Shown here piece after piece: positions 44,585 to 57,815 of a DNA stretch of 64,000 nt. This DNA is from Eledone cirrhosa (lineage: Eukaryota): positions 45,818,001 to 45,882,000 of the forward strand of contig OZ024754.1 in the NCBI GenBank assembly GCA_964016885.1. Reading direction: 5' to 3'. A program made the translations under genes and the position numbers. The notes below the pieces were generated by a model that saw nothing but the letters and a program-made list of their open reading frames with translations, was not told the origin of the DNA and did no database searches. Position 1 is the first letter of the stretch. Every line of letters begins with the position of its first letter.

Positions 44585-45193
44585 GTGTAATGATAATGGC
44601 AAATTATGATTTACTGGAGAATCAAACCCCGAGAGAGAAACACACCAAGTTCTCGGTTCTGCCCAGTAACACGTTAACATCCAAATAATCTAAACTCTGC
44701 CGATGTGATGCCAAGGAAAACATGTCAGCCTGAAACTACAATCACCTTCACAATAAAGGTTGTATTTTCAGGTCTCTATCAGCCAAATATCTATCAGATT
44801 TCATTCTACGTTGATAAATATGAAAACAACACATTGGAAAATATAGTCCTCTCTATACACTAAAACTGAGAGATAATTACTGCTGCATGACATCCTTTGG
44901 CTAAACAACAACTGCAACAACAACCATCTAAGTACAACATGTAATATGCAAGTTACTTCACTTTCTATAAGGTTTATATGCTGATTTAACACATCATCAT
45001 CGTGTGGAAGTTAAAGGTTCCTTGCTATAGTCTTCGGGAATTCCAATATTGTGCAGTCATTTCGATACACAGTGTATTTCTTTACACTGCAAGAATATTT
45101 GTATAAACTACACACACATACATATACACTCACACGCACACACTCACACACCCACGCACACTCACACACACATACACACACACATATATATAC

Positions 45194-45259
<66 letters not shown>

Positions 45260-46128
45260 TTTAATACAAATAAATTTCCTCGCAAAAGCTTCTCCAATAT
45301 TCGAAAAAGACTATCTCGGAATGATAACGAATACATTAAGTTTAGAGAATATTCTAATCAATTCCAGAAGGAGTGAATATATAAATTAAAGATTTTACGA
45401 TAGTAAAGATATTTTTCTGCCTTCGGACAAACTAGATAATTCCAAATACCATAAATGTTTATTTAATTCGATCCCCAACAGCTACAAAAATGCATATTTT
45501 CAACTTTACATCATATCAACTCAGAAGCAAAAAAAATGTTAGCTAACTAAATTTAAAGGTTAGAGTACAGCATTTGGTTTTGGAAAACAACTTCTATTTT
45601 ATCTATAAGAATCAGAAGCCTGAGGAGGCTTTTAGGAGGTCAATCTCCCTGTTAAAACATACCAGCTAAATCTTTTCCAAATCATACTTTACCGTCTACT
45701 TAAACAGGTCACATTAAATAATGTAGTTCTTGAAACATAGCAGCTAAATCTTTCCCAAATCACCCTTTACCACCTATTTAAAAAGAACATATTAAATGAA
45801 TTCTAGACGCAATGTGTCTGGTAAAAAGACAGAGTCCAGTGACCTCGTATTATTATAGATGACCTCAATCAGCAGTGAGCAGGTTTAAACAACGAAAATA
45901 TCAATTTTGCTAACAACTCATCAACAAGTCTCGTAATACAGCTAAAACGGATATTGAGATAATTAGCAAACATATTCCCGATAGGTTAATATTCTAAATT
46001 TACTCCTGCGGAAGGAAACTTATTCCTCAATTACTTCGTTTTCCTTTCCTGTATAAAAAGAAAACTCTTGATTTATCCAGTTTGCCTAGAGATACTTTCC
46101 TTCTTCGGTTACTGAATGTCCTTTAAAG

Positions 46129-46456
46129 CAGCGGTCGGCAACCTTTCGGACCTCACGGACAACTAAATTCATAATTTTAAAACCTGCGAGCCACTAATAT
46201 GAATTAATGGTCAATGGTCGAAACAATACTGAAACGTATAAGTATCATATTGTCATATTGATACATATGTATAAAACTCGTTCATGGATGTTAGTTTTTG
46301 ACAGAGAAGAAACATTTCTTAGGTGTTTATAAAATATATCTTAACCGAATATTATGTTTGTTTTGTTATTAATAAAACATAAAAATTGCAAATAATGTCC
46401 ACATTTTTCTGCGAACCACCAAAATTATCTCTCGGACCACCGGTTGGCATCCGCTG
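46129..46456. mobile_element. hAT-superfamily MITE (328 bp) with 8-bp TSD
   Basis: TSD CTTTAAAG at 46121-46128 and 46457-46464; TIRs CAGCGGTCGGCAACC / GGTTGGCATCCGCTG. Confidence 0.9.
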
Positions 46457-47588
46457 CTTTAAAGGACGGTTTTAATTTAGTTAAAACATGTTTACTCAGT
46501 ACATTTTATACGCTAAAAAATGCATTTTGTTTCATAATAATAGCATTGGATTTAAATATAATTCTCATCTTCATGTTGATGTAAAGCAGCATCGCAGAGG
46601 AGTGATATTGTCTTATTATATAACCTGTATTAGTTATATACTAAGTTTCCCCATACTTGTTAATATTCCGAAATTGTCAGCTGTTTCGATTGTTTAACTG
46701 GAATATGTGTTGAATTTGATCTTAAGACAATAAACTTCTTCTGCTCAAATTTAATATCTCGCAATCTCACATTTCAGGAAACCTAAGGAATTGTATTATA
46801 TTAATGGATTTTTCAACCACGTAATAAATATTGTAAGTTTTGTTATGAATGTATCTTTAGCTGTTTCAAACTTCTCCGCTAATGAAACTATATTGAAAGA
46901 CGATTCTAAGCATTACATTTATGCTTTAAAGCATATTTTCATTGAAAAACCCGAATACCTGAGAAAATATATTCTCCCACATTTTAACACAATAAGATTA
47001 GAGTTATAAGCATTAGTTGCTACAACAATTTTAACCAAACATTTGATGCCAGCAGCAGACATTTTCTTCAAATGATTGTGAAAGCATTTTCCTACAAAAT
47101 TATTATTAAATTCAATGTTAAAACCTGTCTCAATTGTAGAGGTTCACCAGGAAGGAGATTATCCCCATATTCATGGGGTTAAGCGACTGAGGCTATAAAA
47201 CTTCCCTCTAGACATGATACTATTTCACTGCAGATTTAACCCCAGTTGCTATTGGGATTCATTTGTTCTCAGTTGAATGGACTGCAGTAACGGGAAATTG
47301 CAATCCAGTCCATGATTCGAACTTTTGACGTTTTGGTCGTATGTTAAACATTAGATATTAGGCAGCGTGTCTCGAAAAATCAGAAGATTCTTTAAAAAAA
47401 AATGTGTATAAGTATCATATTGAAATACACTTTATTTTGGTGAAACATTGCCTGATATCAACAAAGTGAAAGTATATAGTTACAAAATTACCTGTCAACA
47501 TTGTATAGACCCGGGAAAATGTCCACATGAACATCGATGTATTGTGTGGAGTATTTACTGTGCTACTGTGTATACTAAAAATCTATTG

Positions 47589-47826
47589 TAATAATTGTTT
47601 CTGCTTTTTGGCACAAGGCCAGCAATTATCCAGTGTATTACTGGTACTTTATTTTATCGACCCCGTAAGGATGAAAGGCAAAGTTAACCTCGGCGTGTGT
47701 GTACACTCTTTTGTAATAATTGTTTCTACTTTAGGCACAAGGCCAGCAATTACCCAGTGTATTACTGGTACTTTATTTTATCGACCCCGTAAGGATGAAA
47801 GGCAAAGTCAACCTCGGCGGTATTTG
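47589..47826 (-). mobile_element. Two tandem 5'-truncated SINEs of an internally deleted subfamily
   Basis: AATAATTGTTTCT...GGCACAAGGCCAGCAATTA(T)CCAGTG...AACCTCGGCG occurs twice. Confidence 0.85.
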
Positions 47827-48045
47827 TAATAATATACTCCCATCAGCTTCATCTATTTCGAAACTAGAATAAAACCAATGATACAATATATTAAATTCCC
47901 TTTGGCATTTCCAAAATCCAATATAAAAAATATGAATCGTGAATCATTAGGTTTGTATATTTATTTCTCTGAGAATAAAATTTTATAAAATTTATTTCAC
48001 TCTTTCTTTCTCTCTCTCTCTCTCTCTTTCTTTCCTTTTCTCTCT

Positions 48046-48147
<102 letters not shown>

Positions 48148-49290
48148 TTTATTTATTTCTCTTTCATCCAATTTCCCTCTCACTCTTACGATTTTACTAA
48201 CAATTGCGTAACAGAATATTATTTTCATGATCAGAGAAAGAGCGAGAGAGATAGTGTGTGTGAGAGGGGGGGGGGGAATAAAAAATGAAAGGAAGAAAAA
48301 TAAAGGGTTTGACGTCAGAAATACTAGAAAGGAGATTAGAGAAACTGAAGGTAGTACGGAGACAAAAAGCTGAAGAAGATACAAGTGTTCACATTAAAAC
48401 AGATGACATTAATACAATATTGCTATCAAATTCCATGCGACTTTAATTTGAAGCATCCAGCTAGGAAGCCTCACATCTTTTCCGCGTCAACCCATCCATT
48501 GTCGGAGCTTTCAAATCCGTTGACCCTTTCTCCCATTCTTTCAGATAAGCTACACTTATGAATAACATTTAATATATATGAACATCGCCGTCAATTTTGA
48601 AGGTGTAGGCTCACTAGTAATATAAGTTTTTATATCAAGTAGAAATTCTAACAGATTTTGCTTTTGTGCTCAGCAGAATCATAAGAATTGTTTTTGTTTA
48701 TTTTAAAATTCTCCTTAATAAAAGTTCGCAAGTGATTTCCAGTTGCATTCATAGAAGACACAGAACACTCCTCCAGTTATTTTTTAAATGGTCATCAAAT
48801 AATTCTGTTTTGAGAGAAGGGTTAAAATGACATTTTTTGTGTTTGAAACGAATTTTGATACCACTTCAGTTTGTTTGATTGGTTCATGTTTCTGTAGTGT
48901 GATCTTTATCCTACACTTGTTGAATAATTCAGTATTTGGGGATATATGATCTAATTTGATATTCTCATAATTAAAGAATGATAATATTCAAAGAGAAGGG
49001 TTTGGGGTAAACAATGGAGTTTTAAAGAAGTTTCTTTTACTCTTTATCTTATCGTATTGAGTTTACAAAGTTTCTGAAAAACTTTGTAATACAGTCTATT
49101 AGTGTTAATAGGAATATCTTGTAGAATATTCTACAGAAAAGAGGAGAGTACTTGATGAAAATGGTTAATATTAATATTACGTCGGACGACCGTACTTTAT
49201 TCTCTCGTGACAGATTATGATGGTTTGTATACATAAATATACATAGCTATAAAAACACGGGACTTTCCATAGACATACACTGTATGATGT

Positions 49291-49518
49291 AAACCCAATG
49301 TTCCTCCAACGAACAGTGCGGGGAAAGAGAAGGTGGAGCAGAGGAACAGACAGTAGAGCTGAGTAGACAGGATAGGACTTTGCCTGAACCCAAGCATTCG
49401 CCCATGCCCGCCAGAAAAGGGGGCAGTTGGTGCAGCGTTTAACACTGCAGTGTCCCAACGACCCCAAAAAGGGTTAGGGGACCTTGATGTTGATGATGAT
49501 CATGATGATCATGATGAT
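49291..49518 (+). mobile_element. RTE (BovB-like) LINE 3' end relic with (GAT)n tail
   Basis: PMFLQRTVRGKRRWSR resembles ILQGTV.G.RRRGR; ends GTCCCAACGACCCC...AGGGGAC then GAT repeats. Confidence 0.65.
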
Positions 49519-50259
49519 AATAGACTTAATATACAATAATATTCATAATAAAAATGAAATGCACATAAATACAAACAATGATAGAAGCCAAGTCAAATAC
49601 ACATACACACTTTTTCTCAATATCTTATTCACACACACACTCACAGACTTTCTCTTTCATACACACACAGACACACATGCACCCCCACATTTTTCCTCAC
49701 ATACACATCCACACAATCACACACATACACACAAAAGGGTGAATAAACTAATAATTGATGTTGGAGTATTTATTGATCATTTTATATTGATTTTCTATGT
49801 TCAATTCAGGCCTGAATATGTTATTGTATACACGTGCGGCATTTTACGCTACTAGTTCGGGACTGATATCTATGAGGTTGAAAATATAAAATCTACGTTT
49901 TTTTCCCCTTTAATTTCGTTACAAGAGTATATTGGTTATAAAAATAATCGATAAGTGTTATAATATGGCATGCAGGGTTTTCGAAAATCAATTACGATTT
50001 TAATTAACTAATTTTTATACGGAATATTATAGCTGAAATTGTATGAAATTTCAAAGTACTTATCCCTGTTTTCCTTCCTCTTGTTACGGAAACACGGGAT
50101 TTCTCTGTTTATATTTTTGGTTTTATTCTTTATATGTATTTATATTTTAGCGAAATTTATTAAAAATTAATGAAAGCGGTATAAAGATGAATATGACATT
50201 GTACTGCATATGTTAAATGTTATAGTGTGCTTCTTGTATGAGGTTTCGTATAAATGTAA

Positions 50260-50620
50260 GTCCCTCCAGTATTCAGTCGAGTTCCTCCGCAAGATCGGAA
50301 CGTCAGTGGCCCGTCTGAGGGAGGAGCCTCGTGAGGTGGGGTGACTGTTGCAACGGGTGTCGCTGGCTATTGTTTGCGGGACGCAGCCCCTCTACCACCA
50401 CCCCTAGGACAATCATCCTCCCCTTCCCCCTCCCCAGTCTTCTGTGACACTAGAGTCCCTCCCTATTCCATTATTTTTCTCTTTCACTTTTTTCTTTATA
50501 TTGTCCTATTTTACATTCCATTATTCTCAATCTAAATTTTCTTTTTTTTCTTGTTCTATTAAACTGTATTTACACGATATATTCCATAAATACAATTGTA
50601 TAGAAAATTTTAAAAAAAAT
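50260..50620 (+). pseudogene. 3' end of a restriction-like-endonuclease non-LTR retrotransposon (CRE-type)
   Basis: EFLRKIGTSVARLREEPREVG*LLQRVSLAIVCG(N)AA resembles the RLE terminus FL.QRIS.A.QRGNAA; followed by pyrimidine-rich UTR and an A-rich end. Confidence 0.65.
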
Positions 50621-50642
50621 ATATAATTATAAGTTAATCAAG

Positions 50643-50736
50643 CAGGCGGCGGATTTGGCAGAGTCATTATAACGTCGGATAGAAAGATTTGCGTTATTCG
50701 ATTCAGCTCTCTGCTCTGTGAGTTCAAATCTACCTG
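50643..50736 (+). mobile_element. SINE 5' half (A and B boxes) interrupted by the 20-bp array
   Basis: GGCGGCGGATTTGGCAGAGTC...GAGTTCAAATCTACC. Confidence 0.75.
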
Positions 50737-51068
50737 AGCCACCAGCCGTCTACCTGAGCCACCAGCCGTATAGCTAAACCACCAGCCGTCTAGCTAAACC
50801 ACCAGCCGTCTACCTGAGCCACCAGCTGTCTAGCTAAACCACCAGCCGTCTAGCTAAACCACCAGCCGTCTACCTGAGCCACCAGCCGTCTAGCTAAATC
50901 ACCAGCCGTCTACCTGAGCCACCAGCCGTCTAGCTAAATCACCAGCCGTCTAGCTAAACCACCAGCCGTCTACCTGAGCCACTAACCGTCTAGCTAAACC
51001 ACCAGCCGTCTACCTGAGCCACCAGCCGTCTAGCTAAATCACCAGCCATCTAGCAAAACCACCAGCCT
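50729..51068. repeat. 20-bp minisatellite, 17 copies, two unit types
   Basis: A=TCTACCTGAGCCACCAGCCG, B=TCTAGCTAAACCACCAGCCG; order AABBABBABABBABABB. Confidence 0.95.
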
Positions 51069-51640
51069 TCTCAGGCATCAATCAACTGCCCCAGCAGCCA
51101 TCTTCCCCGCCAGTTACATACATTACCATTGACGTGAACCACCGGTTCACATCATAAGTGTGTTAAATATATTCAGTTTCACACAACCGTTGTAATATAA
51201 ATACAAGAGGAATGTGTTACAATATACTGCGAGTAATTCTTTTCTAACAAGAGAGTATTCGGGAAATAATTGAATAACTTAGACAATCGGGAAATGGAGA
51301 CTATATTGTAGGATGCTCCAATTCAGCTCAGTAAGTATATACTACAGCCTCGCGGTGCAGTGAACAAATGGTGAATTGGATAAATAACCGTCTGTTACAT
51401 ACAAAAGATTGCATGAGTACAGATTTAGGTATATGTGTGTGTATATACATGTAGGATTTAATGTATTTCTATTTACACGTGAATAAGTGAACACTTTATG
51501 CAGTATTGTCTGTGTGTGTGTAAGCATATAGATATATATATATGTGTGTGTATGTGAATGTATATATATGGGTGTGTGTGTATATATATATCTGTATATA
51601 TATATATACATGTACATATATATATCTGTATATATATGTG

Positions 51641-51736
<96 letters not shown>

Positions 51737-52183
51737 GACTTTTAGTCAAGCTGGAAAGTAAGTTTATACTTTATATTTATCATTGTATTAGAAGTATTGT
51801 TGTAAACTGATTAATAATACTTTATACTTTATACTAAGTTTGACAAATGATTTAAAACATATTCTCAGCGGGATTTACAATAATGTATTCTTATATATCT
51901 TTATATATCTTATTATTTGGTGATATTTAATAAATATAAGTGACAATAAATCGTTGTATACATAGAAAGAATATGTTATACTTCACAATAATGTATTTAA
52001 AATAAGTTAAATTTATTTCTAAAATCGAACGATAGCTGGTGCTAAATCGTAATTGTCTTTCGAAGTAAAAGATCTATTTGTGGCTAGCATCTGTATGTAT
52101 GTATGTAATATGTATGTGTGTAAGTATATATATACATATTTACATACATACATACATACATTCATACTTACTTATATACATAC

Positions 52184-52259
52184 ATGAAGAAGTGTCGATT
52201 AAGAGTCAGGATCTGATCGCCTGCTCAAACCTGAGCTGATCGATATCGAAACAGTTGTA
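52184..52259 (+). ncRNA. Truncated hammerhead motif between microsatellites
   Basis: (A)UGAAGA-AGUGUCGAUUA...UGAUCGAUAUC-GAAA-CAGUUG-UA then (TA)n; C3 and stem I are missing. Confidence 0.45.
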
Positions 52260-53525
52260 TATATATATATATCGTGTCTCACGTTGACTCACCAGTGACA
52301 TCTCAGAGCAGAATCCTCCGATTGATGATTTCCCACTGAAATAAAATTGGTCATCCTCTTTGTGAAATTCTACCCTTTATATTCGCTACAAATAAAACTT
52401 TATTCTACTTATGTAATGCTTTATGCTCCTTAAAAATAATTTGTATGGTTAGATGAGCGTATCTATCTAGCTGGAACGAAATAACCATAACAAAGCAATA
52501 ATATTCAATTGAATTAGTTTAACATTTGTAAAATTTGACATAAATTTAAATTGGGTTCAAACTAGACAAAATACAAGAGGTTTTATATATATATATATAT
52601 GCTATATTTGTACACATTAGAAAATGTTAAATGTAATAGATAATGTGTTTAAAATATCCATGAGTACGTTACCTTAAGATACAAAGTAGAAATAATTTTG
52701 AAACATTAAATTTGGGAATTTTGTAGTGTCAACATAATTTCAGGAACCACTTTCGTAAAATGTAAATTAATTCATTAAAGGAATAGGAAGTAACGAGGTA
52801 TGGAGGAAGTAACTATCAATAATTATTTTGGAAAAGGAAATATTAAAAAATAATAATGAATTAAAATGGATAGGATAGCGTTTAATAAACAGACTTACAT
52901 GAATGTAAGAATAATGTATATACTGAATAAAATATGACTAGATCTCGCAATAGTATACCATCTGTTATATTTGTATGAAAAACTAAATCTTATAGCAGGA
53001 AATAATATAAAACCAACAGAATTTATTATTAAATACAAACTATAAAAGCATGTGCTTAACGATATAAAATGTGAACATCGAAATCCATTAATCTATAAGT
53101 TACTATAAAATATGAGTTATGAAAATTAATGGGGAAATTTAGTCTAACATGGATTGTGTATATAAATAGTGAGTGTATAAAATTAGTTGGAGTAGTACAA
53201 CGTTGTGGTTGCTATGATTCATAAAATTTTAATTAATATATTAGTATTGAAAACAAAAGCAATTAGTGGACGATAATGTCGTGAATATATTCATTGGTGA
53301 AACATCAAAATATACTGATATTATTTTATCAAATAGTAATTTACTTTCTAGGATTAAAGAAATAAAGTACATCATTTTGATTTTCTATGAGATATTAGAT
53401 TTTAACGTTAATTCTATAATTAATTATAGTACAAATATATTACTAATTATTTTTCTCCAATATATAGCTTCAAACATAACACGTCTTCATATAGATATAT
53501 ACACACACATATGTATATATATATA

Positions 53526-53642
<117 letters not shown>

Positions 53643-53976
53643 ATATGTATATATACATATATATATGTGTGTGTGTGTGTGTGTGTATACTTTCATATTT
53701 CCTTTATACTCTACGTGTAAATCATTTCTCCAACATACAAGCTCAAATTACCACAATGCAATGTTCTTTGTCTAATTAAACCTATTACTTTTTTTGTGTT
53801 GTTTCCCTTTTCGTAACTTTTAAATTTAATATAATATTCCTTCCGTCATTCTGTTGGATATATATTTTAGATTTTTATATATTTACTTATATTTTTTCCT
53901 CTCTAATTCAATATTCCACACCAACATCCAACATCCAGCTTTCCCTCGCAAACTCTATATATATATATATATATAT

Positions 53977-54304
53977 ATATTGTTATACTTGGGGAGGGTC
54001 ATATTTGTGTAATGCCAGAATTAATAACAGAACACACTCTCTGTTTGGTTGGTTTTCGCTTCGGTTTTCACATGTGTTTGTGTCTATATTATATATGTGT
54101 TTTTGACCGTTGGTTAGTCAATGGTAACATTGAGGACCGAATAAATTAAATTAACCGATATAAAAGACACAGAAGCGAAAACCAACCAAACAGTGAGTGT
54201 GTTCTGTTATTAATTCTGGCAATATTATTACACAAATATGACCCTCCCCAAGTATAACAATATTTGATTCGACACACGATTTCATATCAAAAACCTCGCA
54301 AAAC
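53977..54304. mobile_element. Fold-back mini-element between (TA)n tracts: arms 53977-54062 / 54172-54263 plus 41-bp tail
   Basis: Arms match apart from 1 substitution and a 6-bp indel; ATGACCCTCCC(C/A)AAGTATAACA recurs at about 29963 and 32409. Confidence 0.8.
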
Positions 54305-54422
54305 TATATATATATATATATATATATAATTGTAGAACTTGATAAGCCGTTCTTGCCGAAATCAGATTTTATCATTAACTATAAATAAATATATATATGA
54401 GTGTATATGTGTGTTTTTGTGT

Positions 54423-54502
<80 letters not shown>

Positions 54503-54834
54503 ATGTTGCAGTCTTTTTTTAATTTTCCCATTCGATTCCATTTTTCAGTTTTTTCTACGAATGCGTAATATTAAATTAAATAAATAATTATTTTTTATAT
54601 AAATAAAAGTAGATGAAACCAAGTAATCAAAATGAGATATATTAAAAAGAGCAATTTTACGAAATAGATTTGTGGTAAAATATTCACTTCAAAATCACAT
54701 TACTTTCAATTGCAGTACACGTTGTGCTTAACATGTCTTGAATTCTTCGACTGAATGTGTGTAAAATTAGTTGGTGTTGTTCGATACGATGCGAAACACA
54801 CCTTTCATATACAGGTATATGTACACACACACAA

Positions 54835-54878
<44 letters not shown>

Positions 54879-54880
<2 letters not shown>

Positions 54881-55053
54881 CGAAGGAAATGTGGTAAGGA
54901 ACCAGATGGGCCATAACGCACCAGAGTACTCAATACTTAGGGTAGTAGAGTGGGTAATAGGAAAATGTTTACCCCCGACGGCAGAGCTCAACCAGTCTCG
55001 ACAGCTATTTCTGGACTACATTCGTAGTCCAGAAATAACCGTCGAAACGGCTT

Positions 55054-55058
<5 letters not shown>
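54879..55058 (-). mobile_element. Second copy of the 41.4-kb fold-back family; arms 54995-55019 / 55024-55048
   Basis: Same terminus TATAACGAAGGAAAT at (TA)n; hairpin centred on GGACTAC-ATTC-GTAGTCC, 22/25 paired. Confidence 0.8.
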
Positions 55059-55089
<31 letters not shown>

Positions 55090-55176
55090 GTGTGTGTGTC
55101 TGTGTATGTATATATATAAAGATAGAGAGAGAGAGAGAGAGAAACAGACAGAGAGACATGCTATATTTCGTCTTTG

Positions 55177-55375
55177 TTCATCATCATCCGGCGGCCTCAG
55201 CCGAAATCGACTCAATAATTCATCTCCACGTGGGTCTGTCGTTCATTGCCGTTGCCAAGTCCTGCATTTCAATATCAGAATCTCTGGAGATGACATCGGG
55301 ATAGGACAGCTTGCGCCCCTTGTTATCAGTGACTGCTTGTGGTCTCCAAAGCACTATTTTGGCCAGCAAATCTTA
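55177..55375 (-). mobile_element. RTE-group LINE 3' fragment, same family as 21218
   Basis: LAKIVLWRPQAVTDNKGRKLSYPDVISRDSDIEMQDLATAMNDRPTWR and (GAT)n tail. Confidence 0.75.
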
Positions 55376-55753
55376 CTCTTTTACGTACAACGACACCATG
55401 TATGCTGCATAGGACCAACTGGCTTCTACTTCGTTGTTTCATATAATATAGCCATCCCCTACTACCCCAGGAATCACACTCAGAACTGTCTCATTTGAAG
55501 GAAATCATCAGGCTTTCCTGGTGATTTCCTTCGAATGAAACAGTTCTAGTCCTGTAGAAGCCATTTCTTTATTAAATATGTGTACTCTGCTATGTATTGA
55601 GTACCTTACTGTGGTTACCCCCTATTGAACCCAGGATACACACATATATATATGTATATATTAGTTTCAGCTTTAACAACACGGACGGACACATACACAC
55701 TATATATATATATATATATATAAGTATGTTTTGAAACAGTGAGCAGGTTCGAA

Positions 55754-55969
55754 ATTAGAAAATAGAATAGCTTTCACCGTATTTTTGACTAAAGGAATTT
55801 TAGCCTGATAATGGGGTTTAGAACACTCTGATAAATGGAAAAAGATGAGTATTGACGTACATGTACGTCAATACTCATCTTTTTCCATTTATCTGAGGGT
55901 TCTAAACCCCATTATCAGGCTAAAATTCCTTTAGTCAAAAATACGGTGAAAGCTATTCTATTTTCTAAT
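55754..55969. repeat. 216-bp spacerless palindrome (108-bp arms) ending at (TA)n
   Basis: Centre GACGTACA|TGTACGTC at 55861/55862; 2 mismatches. Confidence 0.95.
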
Positions 55970-56441
55970 ATATATATATATATAAGAGAGAGAGAGAGAG
56001 AGAAGAATAGTAACACTCTGTGTTAATGTCACAGTCAATGAAGAATGTTAAATTAGTTTTCATCTAAGTGCAGCACCATTATTAATGAGAGAATTAACTT
56101 TAGTGACGTTCTTCCATAAAACTCAATCCACCTAAGTGAAACTTCGCTATTTTTTTAGTTAATTGCAATAAAGGAACGCGTCCCATTTTTATAGTTTGCT
56201 CTTGATTGTAAGAAGCGGAATTTTAGAGGCACTTCAAAATAAATTATCTAATATTGTAGCCAATAGTTTACCTTTATGTTCTAACGTCATACTTAGATTA
56301 TTTAATTAATTTAAAGATGGTTGGTTGTAAGTGTGTATATATATATATATATATGAGTCTATATATGATTATATGTATACATATATGTATATGTATACAT
56401 ATGTATATATAAGTATTAACACACACACATATATTTATATA

Positions 56442-56507
<66 letters not shown>

Positions 56508-57079
56508 TACATACATTCATAGCTATATGTTGTATGCAGGGACAGATAGATATGTAACTGCATGAATAGAATGACTGGATGGAAGTATAGATGTATTTTT
56601 ATTGTTTAACTGACAAAGCCCCTGAAAAACTATTAGCCATTTGTTGACAGCTCTGTCTCTTGCAACAAACTCAACAACCATTTTGGAAATAAAAATTATG
56701 TCATATTCTCTATAGAAATATTAATTTCTCTCTGATTCCACTTCCGTTTCAGCACCTTCTCACTATTACCACCACCAACCATTCATTTTACATGCAATGA
56801 AAAACTGTGACAACTTAATCGCCTTAAGATGTATGTGCGAGCATATATATATATAGATATATATAGATGAATGTATATATATATATATTTATATGTATAT
56901 ATATATATATATACATATAAGTGTGTGTGTGTGTCTAGTTGTTATGTGTTTGACTGCTCGCATTTATATATTGTCACTATATGTGCCCAGAGATGTATTG
57001 TATATATATATATATAGTGAAAATTGGAACGGGAACGAAAACAGAGAGGCAGTACAAAAAAAGGCTTATTAGTTTATAA

Positions 57080-57139
<60 letters not shown>

Positions 57140-57302
57140 TTATATATAAATGCTTATATATATGTGTGTGTGGAGGTGTGTATATATATATATACCTCAT
57201 TTACACATGTTCTACAACATTTCTGCAAATTATACACATAAATTCTCACTCACACACATATACCACACGTTATATTGAAAAGTTTGTGTATATGTATATA
57301 TG

Positions 57303-57359
<57 letters not shown>

Positions 57360-57551
57360 TTGTGTGTGTGTGTTTATGCCTCTGTATATATGTGTCGTTC
57401 TGAGTGTGTATGTGTATGTTATCTGTGTTTGAGTGGATATGCAAAGTAAAAAGTCTTATCCAATATAACTTATATCAGATTTACAGAATACTCTTGACCA
57501 CCATCGTAGCTGTCATCATTATAATCCCTCTCAAGTACACATACATAGCTT

Positions 57552-57815
57552 CATATATACACAGACAGAAATATATACACACGTACATACATAGCTCCAT
57601 ATATACTCAGACAGAAATATATATATACACTACATATATACATAGCTCCATATATACACAGAGTGAGGAATATATACACACGTACATATACACACAGACT
57701 GGGGAATATATACACAGACAACGGAATATATAAACACGTACATATATATACACAGACAGAGGAATATATACACACGTAGATTTATACACACGTACATATA
57801 TACACACGTAGATAT
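57552..57815. repeat. Diverged minisatellite of ATATATACACAGACAGAGGA / ATATATACACACGTAC units
   Basis: Seen directly in sequence. Confidence 0.75.

Noticed and set aside
46700-47130. Possible decayed hAT transposase on the minus strand
   Set aside because: One or two weak motif resemblances; cannot be supported without a translated search
49385-49482. Possible HDV-like ribozyme on the minus strand (GGGCAUGGGCGAAUG)
   Set aside because: No P1/P3/L3 nested pseudoknot could be built; the region is explained as an RTE 3' end
50729-51068. CRISPR-like repeat/spacer appearance
   Set aside because: The variable part has only two recurring 10-bp states, there are no unique spacers or cas genes, and the context is eukaryotic
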